Assembly (NCBI GenBank): GCA_964416025.1
Contig: CAYQCJ010000001.1
Span: 41,586 to 105,585 of the forward strand
Direction of reading: 5' to 3'
DNA length: 64,000 bases
From: an uncultured Staphylococcaceae bacterium
Lineage (GTDB): Bacteria > Bacillota_I > Bacilli_A > RFN20 > CAG-826
Shown piece after piece: positions 29,756-39,661 of this stretch. The notes under the pieces were generated by a model. The model saw nothing but the letters and a program-made list of their open reading frames with translations, was not told where the DNA came from and searched no databases. The translations under genes and the position numbers were made by a program. Position 1 is the stretch's first letter. Each line of letters starts with the position of its first letter.

Positions 29756-32704
29756 ATGAAAAGAACTAGTGCAGTTATCAATTTATCTGCTATTGTCATG
29801 GTCGCTTCATTATTAGTTGTTGCTAATACTGTCGCTTATGCCAATGGTGGTATCATTGATACTTATTTATCAAAATCATCCGTTATTATGGATGATCAAA
29901 CAGAAGAAGCTTTAACTCAAGGAAAAGCTTTAGCTAAAGAAATTCAAGCTAATGGTTCCGTTTTACTTAAAAACGAGAACAATTGTTTACCTTTAGCTAA
30001 TAACAAAGTCAACCTCTTTGGTTGGGGAAGTTCTGATAATGGATTTCTTTATCAAGGTGGCGGATCAAGCGAAGGTGGATTCTCGGATGATAAAATATCT
30101 TTATATCAAGCTTTTAGAGATAACGGAATTGAAATTAATGAAGATTTAGCTACTGCTTATAACAAATTAAGTTATAGAAGAGAAGGATCTCCAGATCAAA
30201 ACCAACACTCAACTTATTACCGTACATATGATCCAGATACATCATTCTATAGTGATGAATTAATGAATCAAGCCGAAGCTTTCTCGGATACAGCAGTTAT
30301 TGTTTTATCAAGAAGAGCCACTGAAGGTGACGATTTACCTAAAGTTCAATATGATGAAAACGGAACTGTTGATACCTCAAGAAATTATCTTGCTCTTTCA
30401 AAAAGAGAAACTATCATGGTTCGTGAAGTTACTAAAAGATTCGATAATGTCGTTGTTTTAGTTAACTCTAGTGCACCAATGGAATTAGGATTTGTCGATT
30501 ACGCCAAGATTGATGCTTGTATGTATATCGGTTACCCAGGATTCTATGGTACTGAATCAGTCGTTAAAATTTTAAGAGGCGATACTCAACCTTCTGGTCA
30601 CTTATCAGATACTGTTGCTTACGATCTTAAAACTGCCCCATCCTACGTTAATTCTGGCCCAAATGCTACTCATACATATGATGGAAAAGGCGGAAGATAT
30701 ACTGATTATGCCGAAGATATTTATGTCGGTTATAAGTGGTATGAAACTGCTGATACTGAAGGTTATTTTGATGATGCTCAATTAAATATTTATGGAAAAT
30801 CAAGAAGAGGATATGACGCTATCGTTCAATATCCATTCGGATATGGATTGACTTATACTTCATTTGATTGGACTGTCGAATCAATTAAAACTAAAGATGG
30901 TACTGTAATTAGTGATAATTATGAATTAAAAGAAGATGATGAAATTATCTATACAGTCGCTGTTGAAAATACCGGAACTGTCGAAGGAAGAGACTCTGTT
31001 CAATTATATTACAGTGCTCCTTATACAAAGGGTGGAATTGAAAAATCATCAATTAATCTTGCTGATTTCCAAAAAACAAGTGTCCTTCAACCAGGAAAGA
31101 GCGAAGTTTTAACTCTTACATGTAAAGTTTCAAGTATGGCTAGTTACGACACTTATGATCGCAACAACAATGGCTTTATGGGATACGAAGTTGAAGCTGG
31201 GAATTATGGTTTATCTTTAAGAACTGATGCTCATAATGCAAAACCAAATGCGAGCTTAATGAATAATTATTTAGAAAATAATTTCAAAGTTGCTGGTGAA
31301 GGATATCGTTATGAAAATGATGATACCACCGGAAATAAAGTTGAAAACCAATTCACAAATTATACAAATTCAACAAGTGGCGCAAGTTCTACTTGTAACG
31401 AAAAACAAGTCAATTATGCATTATCAATCGATGGTAAGGACGAAAACGCTAATTACAATCAAGATATTACATACTTAACAAGATCTGATTTCAAAACTAC
31501 ATTCCCTGTATCAACTGATACTCGTAGAATGAGTAACGAAATGTACTCAAATGTCTTCACTGTTCATGATCCATTCGTAAACGAAGAAGATGTTATGCCT
31601 ACTACTGGATCAAGTGCAACAAGTTTAACTTTAGATGATGTCAAAGGATTACCATATGATGATCCAAAATGGCAACAATTACTTGAACAATTAAGCGTTG
31701 AAGAATTAGCTAACTTAAGTGCTGGTGGCGGATTCGGAACAATCGCAATTAGTTCAATTAAAAAACCTGCTTGTAAGGATTCTGATGGTGGAACTGGATT
31801 TACTAGTGGTATTGCTACTGGTGAAGGCGGACACGCTATTAAATATCCTGCAACCAACATTCTTGCTTCTACATTTGATCATAAACAAGACTTTAAATGG
31901 GGAAATGCTATTGGATCTGAAGGTCAAGCCTTAGGTATCCAAGGATGGTATGCTCCAGGATGTAATGTTCATAGATCTCCATTAGGTGGAAGAAACTTCG
32001 AATATTTCTCTGAAGATGGATATATGTGCGGAACTATGGTCGCCTATGCTGTTAAAGGTTGTACTGAAAACGGTGTTTATGCTTATATGAAACACTTTGC
32101 TGGAAACGATACTGATGAAGGTCGTAACGGACAATTTAAGTGGATGACTGAACAATCACTTAGAGAAATCTGGGCAAAACCAGGCGAAATCGCCACTAAA
32201 GTTGGTGGAGCTAACGCTATGATGGTTTCTGTCGATAGAATTGGTGCCACTCGTGCTACTGGTTCATCAGCCTTACTTACTTCTTTATTAAGAGATGAAT
32301 GGGGATTTAGAGGATCAACAGTTACCGATTACTATCAAGGTGGTAATGTTAACGATTTAGACGAAGGAATTAGAGCCGGAAACGATCTTGCTTTAATGCC
32401 AGGCGGAACTCATACCTTATTTGATGAAGATAGAACTGGATGGACTGCAACTGGAGTTAAAGCACTTCAAAATGCTGCTCATAACATTCTCTTCACTTAT
32501 ATTGATACTGTTCATAGAACTGAAGTTGGAACTGGAATTGATCTTGGTTCACAAACTGGAACAAGACAAAACACTTCAAGCGGAACATGGTGGAGACCAA
32601 CCCTTATAGGATTAGATGTTGGTGTTGCTGTTGGTTTAGCTGCTTGGGGAACTGTTACTGTAATATTTACTTGGTTTAAAAAGAAGAAAGTTGGAGGAAA
32701 CTAA
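29756..32704 (+). CDS. Extracellular, C-terminally membrane-anchored GH3 beta-glucosidase/beta-xylosidase-like enzyme
   Basis: Signal peptide. GH3 nucleophile block GFRGSTVTDY and KHFAGND. C-terminal transmembrane helix plus KKKK stop-transfer. Confidence 0.8.
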   Translation: MKRTSAVINLSAIVMVASLLVVANTVAYANGGIIDTYLSKSSVIMDDQTEEALTQGKALAKEIQANGSVLLKNENNCLPLANNKVNLFGWGSSDNGFLYQGGGSSEGGFSDDKISLYQAFRDNGIEINEDLATAYNKLSYRREGSPDQNQHSTYYRTYDPDTSFYSDELMNQAEAFSDTAVIVLSRRATEGDDLPKVQYDENGTVDTSRNYLALSKRETIMVREVTKRFDNVVVLVNSSAPMELGFVDYAKIDACMYIGYPGFYGTESVVKILRGDTQPSGHLSDTVAYDLKTAPSYVNSGPNATHTYDGKGGRYTDYAEDIYVGYKWYETADTEGYFDDAQLNIYGKSRRGYDAIVQYPFGYGLTYTSFDWTVESIKTKDGTVISDNYELKEDDEIIYTVAVENTGTVEGRDSVQLYYSAPYTKGGIEKSSINLADFQKTSVLQPGKSEVLTLTCKVSSMASYDTYDRNNNGFMGYEVEAGNYGLSLRTDAHNAKPNASLMNNYLENNFKVAGEGYRYENDDTTGNKVENQFTNYTNSTSGASSTCNEKQVNYALSIDGKDENANYNQDITYLTRSDFKTTFPVSTDTRRMSNEMYSNVFTVHDPFVNEEDVMPTTGSSATSLTLDDVKGLPYDDPKWQQLLEQLSVEELANLSAGGGFGTIAISSIKKPACKDSDGGTGFTSGIATGEGGHAIKYPATNILASTFDHKQDFKWGNAIGSEGQALGIQGWYAPGCNVHRSPLGGRNFEYFSEDGYMCGTMVAYAVKGCTENGVYAYMKHFAGNDTDEGRNGQFKWMTEQSLREIWAKPGEIATKVGGANAMMVSVDRIGATRATGSSALLTSLLRDEWGFRGSTVTDYYQGGNVNDLDEGIRAGNDLALMPGGTHTLFDEDRTGWTATGVKALQNAAHNILFTYIDTVHRTEVGTGIDLGSQTGTRQNTSSGTWWRPTLIGLDVGVAVGLAAWGTVTVIFTWFKKKKVGGN

Positions 32705-33242
32705 AATGAAATTAACCGAAAAAATGAAGTTATTTATCTTTGAAGCTTGTGCTGCTTTCTGTGGTATCTTAACTATTGTATTTACTTTTATTCCTGCATA
32801 TTTTGAAGCCGATAAAGCCGACTTATCTTTATTCGAAATGGCCGTTGGAAGCGGAGATCGTCTCCCTTTCAACACCATCTTATTCTTAGGATTTATTCTC
32901 TTAGTAATCGGTGTATTATGTGCGATTTGCTTAGCCGTATTTCAAATTATCAAAGTTAAATTCCTTAATGATAAAATTATTACCATTATGGCAATTGTTG
33001 CTGGACTTTGTATCTTGGCTGGTGGAATTATTATGACTTGTGGATTGTTTATCTCTGGTCTTGATAAAGCAAATTCTTCATTAGGATTTACTCAAGGTAA
33101 CTGGGGTATTAAAGTTGGAATGATTATTACTCCAATATTTGCCTTAATCTCGTTTGCTCTCTGCTATCCTTCTGCTTTAATTATTTTGCATCACAAAGAT
33201 GAAGAAGATAAAGCTGCTAAAGCAGTCGTTGAGAACAAATAA
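32691..33242 (+). CDS. Four-transmembrane membrane protein, hypothetical
   Basis: Hydrophobic helices. Overlaps the GH3 stop. Confidence 0.4.
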   Translation: MEETKMKLTEKMKLFIFEACAAFCGILTIVFTFIPAYFEADKADLSLFEMAVGSGDRLPFNTILFLGFILLVIGVLCAICLAVFQIIKVKFLNDKIITIMAIVAGLCILAGGIIMTCGLFISGLDKANSSLGFTQGNWGIKVGMIITPIFALISFALCYPSALIILHHKDEEDKAAKAVVENK

Positions 33243-33326
33243 ATCTTAGTTAGTGTCTAGTAGTAATTACGAAAAAATAATATAATGGTTTGCGGAAGAC
33301 GTTTTCCGTAGACCATTTTATAATCT

Positions 33327-34034
33327 ATGATCAACATTGCAATTATTGAAGATGAAATTAACGAGCAGAATCTTTTAAAGGGATTTTTTGATCAGTTAGC
33401 AACAAGCTTGAATGAAAAAATCTGTTTAAAAGTTTTTAATAATGGAAAAGAGTTTCTATTTAATTTTGAATTTGGAATTTTTGATCTTGTTTTGATGGAT
33501 ATCGAACTAAATAGCGATAAAAATGGAATTGAGGTCTCACAAAAATTAAGAGAAATTGATAATGAAGTTGTCTTGGTTTTTATGACTAATTTATCACAAT
33601 ATGCAATTGAAGGATACAAAGTTAAAGCGACAGATTACATCGTTAAACCAATCTCTTATTATGATTTTTCAATTAGAATGACAGCAATTTTTGCTAACAT
33701 AAATAATAAAAAAGTTAAAAAAGTTTTGATTCAATCAGATGGTGTTAAGGTAGTTTTATTGGTTAGAGATATTTGTTATATCGAAGTTTTAAATCACTCA
33801 TTAATTTATCACACAACTAATGGCGATTATATATGTCGTGGATCGCTCAGTTCTACCGAAAAAGAAATGAGAAATTATAATTTTTCATTGTGTAATTCTT
33901 GTTTCTTAGTAAATTTAGCGTTTGTTGAAAGTGTTGAAGGATATAGCGCCATCATTCATGGTGAAAAATTACTAATTTCTCATCCAAAAAGAAAGAATTT
34001 CTTGAAAGATTTAAGTGGGTATTTAGGACAATGA
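33327..34034 (+). CDS. LytTR-family response regulator (AgrA/LytR-like)
   Basis: N-terminal receiver (IAIIEDE...DLVLMDIEL) and a C-terminal LytTR DNA-binding domain. Confidence 0.85.
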   Translation: MINIAIIEDEINEQNLLKGFFDQLATSLNEKICLKVFNNGKEFLFNFEFGIFDLVLMDIELNSDKNGIEVSQKLREIDNEVVLVFMTNLSQYAIEGYKVKATDYIVKPISYYDFSIRMTAIFANINNKKVKKVLIQSDGVKVVLLVRDICYIEVLNHSLIYHTTNGDYICRGSLSSTEKEMRNYNFSLCNSCFLVNLAFVESVEGYSAIIHGEKLLISHPKRKNFLKDLSGYLGQ

Positions 34035-35395
34035 TGGAATATTTATATCCAATAAGCGGTTTATTTTTCTACCGATTAATATTTATGTTTTGGCTCCTTT
34101 TTGGTGAAGGGCTTTTTGTTTTCCGTTTTAAAAAGAAAAAACATTTTGTTGTTAGAACGTTATTAGCAATTTTAGCTTGTTTCTTATTTGCTTTAGCTTT
34201 CCCAATTCCTACATCAAATGCTTTCTATTTAATGATTATGTTCCTTTTGATGTTTGTTTTTACTTATTTTGCCAGTATGTTCTTATTTGAAGTTGAGTGG
34301 AAAATGCTTTTGTTTTCGATGATTAGTGGATATACTATCGAACAAATTGCTTATGAAACATATTTTGCATTTAATAATTTCTTAAATTTAAATCAATATC
34401 AAAATGGCGGAATGTATTCTAAAGACACTATTAATTTATTTAGTGGACCACTCGATCAATTCATCTATTTTGCTTGTTATATTGTTGTTTATTGGGTGAT
34501 GTTTGTTTTATTTGCTAATCGTATTAAAGGTAGCCAAGAGTTTGATTCTAATTCTTCAAAATCAAATTTAAAATTTTTGGTTATTGGAATATTCTTCTTA
34601 TCGAGTGATATTGTAATTAGTAGTGCCGTATCTTTTTACGCTACAATTCATTATGAAAATATTTATATGGGAATTATCTCGATTGTTATCGCACTTTGTT
34701 GTTTGATTGGTCTCTTCTTCTTGTTTGAAATGTTCTATGGAAATAACCTGAAACATGATATGGAAATTGTAAAAGAAATCCGTAAAGAAGAGAAAAATCA
34801 GTATCAAATATCAAAAGAAACAATCGATTTAATCAATATTAAGTGTCACGATTTTAGACACCAAATAAGAAAGCTTGGTAAAGAACAAAATATTCAAGAA
34901 TCAGCCATTGAAAATGTTAATAAATTAATTAATATTTATGATTCATCTATTAAAACATCAAATGACACTTTAAATGTTATTCTTACAGAAAAGTCATTAA
35001 TTTGTGCTAAAAACGGTATTAAATTTTCCTGTATTGCTGATGGAATGATTTTAAACTTTATGACTGAAGAAGATATTTATTCTTTGTTTGGAAATATTAT
35101 TGATAACGCTATTGAAGCGGTTAATCATCTTTCAGACGATAAAAAAATAATTACTTTAAGAATTAAATCAATCGGTAATATGATTTCGATATCAGAGAAG
35201 AATTCCTATGATAACGATATTCATTTAATCAATGGTTTGCCTCGTTCCAATAAGAACGATACTCTTCATCATGGTTTTGGATTAAAATCTATTAAATTAA
35301 TTTGTGAAAAGTATCACGGAACAATGCAAATAAATTACGATAACAATATCTTTAATATTACGTTGTTATTTATTCCTTCAAATCTTGATAAATAA
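34031..35395 (+). CDS. AgrC/ComD-like membrane histidine kinase (HATPase_c_5 type)
   Basis: Six or seven N-terminal transmembrane helices. H-box KCHDFRHQIRKL. GHKL ATPase with LFGNIIDNAIEA. Overlaps the response regulator gene by 4 nt. Confidence 0.75.
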   Translation: MMEYLYPISGLFFYRLIFMFWLLFGEGLFVFRFKKKKHFVVRTLLAILACFLFALAFPIPTSNAFYLMIMFLLMFVFTYFASMFLFEVEWKMLLFSMISGYTIEQIAYETYFAFNNFLNLNQYQNGGMYSKDTINLFSGPLDQFIYFACYIVVYWVMFVLFANRIKGSQEFDSNSSKSNLKFLVIGIFFLSSDIVISSAVSFYATIHYENIYMGIISIVIALCCLIGLFFLFEMFYGNNLKHDMEIVKEIRKEEKNQYQISKETIDLINIKCHDFRHQIRKLGKEQNIQESAIENVNKLINIYDSSIKTSNDTLNVILTEKSLICAKNGIKFSCIADGMILNFMTEEDIYSLFGNIIDNAIEAVNHLSDDKKIITLRIKSIGNMISISEKNSYDNDIHLINGLPRSNKNDTLHHGFGLKSIKLICEKYHGTMQINYDNNIFNITLLFIPSNLDK

Positions 35396-35404
35396 TAAAA
35401 AGAA

Positions 35405-35427
35405 GGGGGATTGGCAAGGGATTTTTG
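35405..35427 (+). repeat. Copy C of the motif family (GGGGGATTGGCAAGGGATTTTTG)
   Basis: 10 nt after the histidine-kinase stop. Confidence 0.6.
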
Positions 35428-35490
35428 CTATAAATTAATTAGATGCCAAATACTTATTTAATTTGTTATAAGATATATAGAGGTTAAATT

Positions 35491-36060
35491 ATGACAACAC
35501 TAGATCAAAAATACGCATTAATTAGAGAATTGGCTTTAAAACAAAGTTCTAAAGATCCAATTTATATTGCTAAATTACTTATGCATGAACCATATGTAAG
35601 TATTCATGGCCCAGAACATCACTTTCTTGATGGTGCTGCCTTTTTAGTTGCTTTTAAAAATGCTGGTGGAAAAGTAAATATTGAAAAAGCACTTGATGAA
35701 TTAGCTTCAAGAAGCAGAACGATGCCAGGAGCAATGTGCGGATATTGGGGAGTATGTGGATCAACAGCTTCGCTTGGTGCTTGTTTTTCTATAATTAACA
35801 AAACTGGTCCATTAAGTGATGATCAATTTTATAAAGATAATATGGAATATACCTCATCAGTTATAAATATAATGAGTAAAATTGGTGGACCAAGATGTTG
35901 CAAAAGAAACGCCTTTATTTCAATTTCTGAAGGCATTAAATTTGCCCAAGCAAAATATGGTGTAACCATGGAATTTCCAGTTAGTGTTGGGTGTGAATTT
36001 TCTCATTTAAATGAGCAATGTATTAAAGAACGTTGCCCATTTTATAAAAATAAACATTAA
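35491..36060 (+). CDS. Cys-rich hypothetical protein, 189 aa
   Basis: Eleven Cys, including the CGYWGVCGS and CCKRN clusters. No family recognised. Confidence 0.4.
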   Translation: MTTLDQKYALIRELALKQSSKDPIYIAKLLMHEPYVSIHGPEHHFLDGAAFLVAFKNAGGKVNIEKALDELASRSRTMPGAMCGYWGVCGSTASLGACFSIINKTGPLSDDQFYKDNMEYTSSVINIMSKIGGPRCCKRNAFISISEGIKFAQAKYGVTMEFPVSVGCEFSHLNEQCIKERCPFYKNKH

Positions 36061-36650
36061 ATAGTTTCTAATAAGTTTTTAATTGATTCTATAAAGTATT
36101 CTGAAGAAGCTTCAGAAGTGGCTTTAAAATTAGTTTTCACTGACCATTTACATAGGTTAATGAGATTTCCGGAGATAAATAATAAAGATAAATCTTCTGG
36201 AGTATTTGAATTAAAGTGAAGATTTTCTTGGCACCAAGAAGTAAATATTTCTTCAAGTTTATTATAAAAATAATAGGACATATCGCTCTTTAATAATCCA
36301 TAAACAGAAGATGAAGAATCTTTTAAGTGATAAAGAATATGACTTACCATGTTGCTAATATTTAATTTAGCATGACTAAAGTCATGTGTTTTTTCTTTTT
36401 GTGTTGGTGCTTCAGTAATGTGTTCGAAAAAGTCATTACACATTGATTCTAATAATTCTTCTTTAGTATCAAAATGAAGATAAAATGTACTTCTACCGAT
36501 ATTCGCTTCATCAATAATGTTTTGAATCGTGATATCGTTATAATTTTTTCTAATTAACAAATCGTTAAAAGCGTTATAGATTGCGTTTCTTGTTTTAATT
36601 TGTCTTCTATCCATGTTAACTCCTGAATATTTATCTAATTTTTGTTTCAT
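36057..36650 (-). CDS. TetR/AcrR-family transcriptional regulator
   Basis: Helix-turn-helix IQNIIDEANIGRSTFYLHF. Divergent from a DMT transporter. Confidence 0.85.
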   Translation of the reverse strand: MKQKLDKYSGVNMDRRQIKTRNAIYNAFNDLLIRKNYNDITIQNIIDEANIGRSTFYLHFDTKEELLESMCNDFFEHITEAPTQKEKTHDFSHAKLNISNMVSHILYHLKDSSSSVYGLLKSDMSYYFYNKLEEIFTSWCQENLHFNSNTPEDLSLLFISGNLINLCKWSVKTNFKATSEASSEYFIESIKNLLETI

Positions 36651-36768
36651 AATGAATAAAAATCGAACTAGTGTATTCGTTTATTTATTTAATGAACACT
36701 ATAATTGATAATGAACAAAATGTTCATTATTATTTTAATCTTTAAAATAAGTAATAGAAAGGAAAAAC

Positions 36769-37677
36769 ATGAAAAGTAGTTTCGCAATCGTCTGTGCAAT
36801 ATTAGCTGCTGCTTTTTATGCATTAAGTATTCCTTTATCAAAACTATTGTTGATTGAAATTCCTTCAACTTTATTAGCTGGAATCTTGTACCTTGGCGCA
36901 GGACTAGGAATGTTAATATTTTATGGTGGGAAAAAGATATTTATACATCATGAAAAAGAAGAAAACCTCGGTAAAGGTGACCTTAAATATGTAATTGGTA
37001 TGATTTTGCTCGACATTGCAGCTCCAATATTTTTGTTGCTTGCTTTAACGAAATCGAGTGCTGGAAGTGTCTCTTTATTAAATAATTTTGAGATTGTAGC
37101 AACCTCCATAATTGCTCTTGTAATTTTTAAAGAAGCAATAAGCAAAAAATTATGGATTGGAATATCGCTAATCACAATTGCTAGTATTGTTTTATCCCTT
37201 GATTTTAGCGAGGGTTTTTCTTTTTCCTGGTATTCGTTGTTTGCAGTGCTCGCTTGTGTGTGTTGGGGATTTGAAAATAATTGCACGAGATCAATCTCAA
37301 AGAAAAACCCATTTCAAATTGTCATTTTAAAAGGCATTTTTTCAGGACTTGGATCGTTAATAATTGGTTTAATAATTGGCGAAAGATGTACTAATTGGAT
37401 TTATATATGTTATGGATTATTATTAGGTTTTGTTTCGTACGGGTTAAGCGTCTTTTTATATGTTATTGCTCAAAGATATTTAGGAGCGGCCAAAACTAGT
37501 TCTTTTTATGCTATCGAGCCATTTATTGGATGCATTTTGTCTTTTATAATACTAAAAGAAAATCCATATTATACGTTTTATATTGCTTTAGGAATTATGG
37601 CTATTGGATTAATATTTGTCATTCTTGATCGAACAAACGAAAATATTAACCCGAAAAACAGCGTAAAACTCGAATAA
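36769..37677 (+). CDS. DMT-superfamily (EamA-like) transporter
   Basis: Ten transmembrane helices. Duplicated EamA-like halves. Confidence 0.75.
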   Translation: MKSSFAIVCAILAAAFYALSIPLSKLLLIEIPSTLLAGILYLGAGLGMLIFYGGKKIFIHHEKEENLGKGDLKYVIGMILLDIAAPIFLLLALTKSSAGSVSLLNNFEIVATSIIALVIFKEAISKKLWIGISLITIASIVLSLDFSEGFSFSWYSLFAVLACVCWGFENNCTRSISKKNPFQIVILKGIFSGLGSLIIGLIIGERCTNWIYICYGLLLGFVSYGLSVFLYVIAQRYLGAAKTSSFYAIEPFIGCILSFIILKENPYYTFYIALGIMAIGLIFVILDRTNENINPKNSVKLE

Positions 37678-37787
37678 ATTCAGATAATCGTAGATTTTAA
37701 TCGTCTCTATTTTCTTTACCAAAGGAACATTTTGTTTTTCTTGTGTTAATATATATTTGTTCGAAATATCGAACCAAGGAGAATGAG

Positions 37788-38126
37788 ATGGAAAATAAAT
37801 TAATAGATATCGAGAAACAATTTGAGAAATGCGCTCCAATCTTTATTGCTTTAGGAAACGAAACAAGAGTTCATATTATTGCTTCAATTATTAAAAAAGC
37901 AGAAAAAGAAAATAAGTGCAGTGGCATGAGAGTTGGTGAGATTTGTGCTTGTACTAATTTATCTCGTCCAGCAGTATCCCATCATTTAAAAGAATTAAAA
38001 GATGCAGGAATTATTGATATGAGAGAAGAAGGCACCAAAAACTATTATTTTTTCAATTTTTCATCATCATTAGAAGAAGTTCGTACATTATTAGACAAAG
38101 TTTTATGTTTAGAAAAACACAAATAA
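37788..38126 (+). CDS. ArsR/SmtB-family metalloregulator-like helix-turn-helix protein
   Basis: LSRPAVSHHLKELKDAGII helix-turn-helix. AAGGAG ribosome-binding site at 37776-37781, then ATG at 37788. The ORF-track GTG start at 37743 is unlikely. Confidence 0.8.
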   Translation: MENKLIDIEKQFEKCAPIFIALGNETRVHIIASIIKKAEKENKCSGMRVGEICACTNLSRPAVSHHLKELKDAGIIDMREEGTKNYYFFNFSSSLEEVRTLLDKVLCLEKHK

Positions 38127-38136
38127 GGAGAAAATT

Positions 38137-38799
38137 ATGGAAAATTTAGAATTATTAAAGAATCGTCACTCAGTAAGACAATTTACTGAAGAAAAAGTAA
38201 AAGATGAAGATAAAATTACACTTAAGGAATTAGTTCAAAAATTAAATAAAGAACACAAATTAAATATGCAAATATTCTTTGATGAACCATCAGCTTTTTC
38301 AACATCTATGGCTCATTATGGAAGATTTGAGAATTGTAATAACTACATTGCTTTGGTTGGTCAAAAAAACGATGGAGAAGCACTTGGATTTTATGGAGAA
38401 GAAATTCTTCTTAAAATTTATGAATTGGGTATGGCTGGATGTTGGGTCGCTTTAACTTATGGAAAAGGAAAAGTAAAAATTGCAAAAGAAAAAGGCGAAG
38501 TTCTTCATTTAGTAATTGGTTTTGGATATGGGAAAAACAAAGGAAATCCTCATAAATTAAAAACTCCTGATCAAATAATTAAAAAAGGAAGTGTAGTTCC
38601 AGAGTATGCTAAAGTCGGTATTGAAGCTTGCTTATTAGCGCCAACCGCAATGAATCAACAAAAATTCGAGATTTCGTTTATTAATAATGAACCTATTATC
38701 AATATTAAAGGATTTGGTTTTAATACTAATATTGATTTAGGAATTTTAAAATATCATTTTGAATTAGTTACTGGTCACAAAACCAATAGAAATTATTAA
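38137..38799 (+). CDS. Nitroreductase-family protein
   Basis: N-terminal LLKNRHSVRQF motif. Confidence 0.75.
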   Translation: MENLELLKNRHSVRQFTEEKVKDEDKITLKELVQKLNKEHKLNMQIFFDEPSAFSTSMAHYGRFENCNNYIALVGQKNDGEALGFYGEEILLKIYELGMAGCWVALTYGKGKVKIAKEKGEVLHLVIGFGYGKNKGNPHKLKTPDQIIKKGSVVPEYAKVGIEACLLAPTAMNQQKFEISFINNEPIINIKGFGFNTNIDLGILKYHFELVTGHKTNRNY

Positions 38800-39600
38800 A
38801 TGATAGTTTTACCAATAAAAACCGGATATACACTTGTATCTTCGGCTGTTCCAAACAGAAATACTCATCATTTTGGTTTGGCTTATACTGGATTGCTTCA
38901 ATCAAAGAAGAAAAGGATTAAAGTTCCAGTAAAGTGTTTTTATATTCATGTTAAGGGGCATTCATTTTTAATTGATGCCGGATGGAGTAAAGAGTGTGTT
39001 TCTAATCCAAAAAAACATTTAGGATTTGGGCTTTATTTTGCTAGTGAGCCAGTTATCAAAAGCGGCGAAGCTTGTGTTGATCAATTAAAAGCAAAAGGAA
39101 TAAAGATAAGTGATATTGATGGCATTTATATGACTCATTTAGATTGTGATCATGTGTCTGGATGTCATGATTTTAAGGATAAAAATATTTATGCTTCAGA
39201 AGACGAAATTAAATATGCAAAACACAAAAAGATTCGTTATGGAAAATTAGTTAATGGATTGAAAATTAAGCCATTATTATTCAAAATCCCTTGCCAATCC
39301 CCATTTAATTCTTGTTACGATGTTTTGAATGATGGTTCAGTTATTGCTTATTTAACTCCGACTCATTCTAAGGGCAGCTTAATTTATAGAGTTAATGAAG
39401 GCGATAAATTTGTGCTTATTGTTGGTGATAATGGCTATAACGAAGACTCATGGAAAAATGATTTTTTACCTGGGCCAATTTATAATAAAAAGAACACTTT
39501 AAAGGCATTAAATTGGATTAATGAACAATCGAAGGATAAGAATTGTTTAGGTGTCTTTTGCGCTCATGACTTAAGAGAAGCTAAAGAAATATCTATATAA
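38800..39600 (+). CDS. MBL-fold metallo-hydrolase
   Basis: HxHxDH-type block THLDCDHVSGCHDF. Carries an antisense copy of the motif family at 39283-39303. Confidence 0.7.
   Translation: MIVLPIKTGYTLVSSAVPNRNTHHFGLAYTGLLQSKKKRIKVPVKCFYIHVKGHSFLIDAGWSKECVSNPKKHLGFGLYFASEPVIKSGEACVDQLKAKGIKISDIDGIYMTHLDCDHVSGCHDFKDKNIYASEDEIKYAKHKKIRYGKLVNGLKIKPLLFKIPCQSPFNSCYDVLNDGSVIAYLTPTHSKGSLIYRVNEGDKFVLIVGDNGYNEDSWKNDFLPGPIYNKKNTLKALNWINEQSKDKNCLGVFCAHDLREAKEISI
39283..39303 (-). repeat. Copy G of the motif family, minus orientation, inside the MBL hydrolase CDS (reads GGGGATTGGCAAGGGATTTTG on the bottom strand)
   Basis: Exact 21-mer. Encodes FKIPCQSPF on the top strand. Confidence 0.6.
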
Positions 39601-39661
39601 TTTTATAAAGAAAAACTGAAAAATAATTTAAATTAGAGCATAATAATTTCATTAAAAGTAT

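Noticed and set aside
33287-33320. Imperfect hairpin (AATGGTTTGCGGAA...TTCCGTAGACCATT) after the 4-TM gene, and a tiny 8-codon ORF within it
   Set aside because: The stem has several mismatches and no U-tract. The micro-ORF MVCGRRFP has no ribosome-binding site. Not a convincing terminator or peptide gene.
37743-37787. GTG start proposed by the ORF track for the ArsR-like gene
   Set aside because: An in-frame ATG at 37788 is preceded by AAGGAG at ideal spacing. The upstream 15 codons are not conserved-looking.
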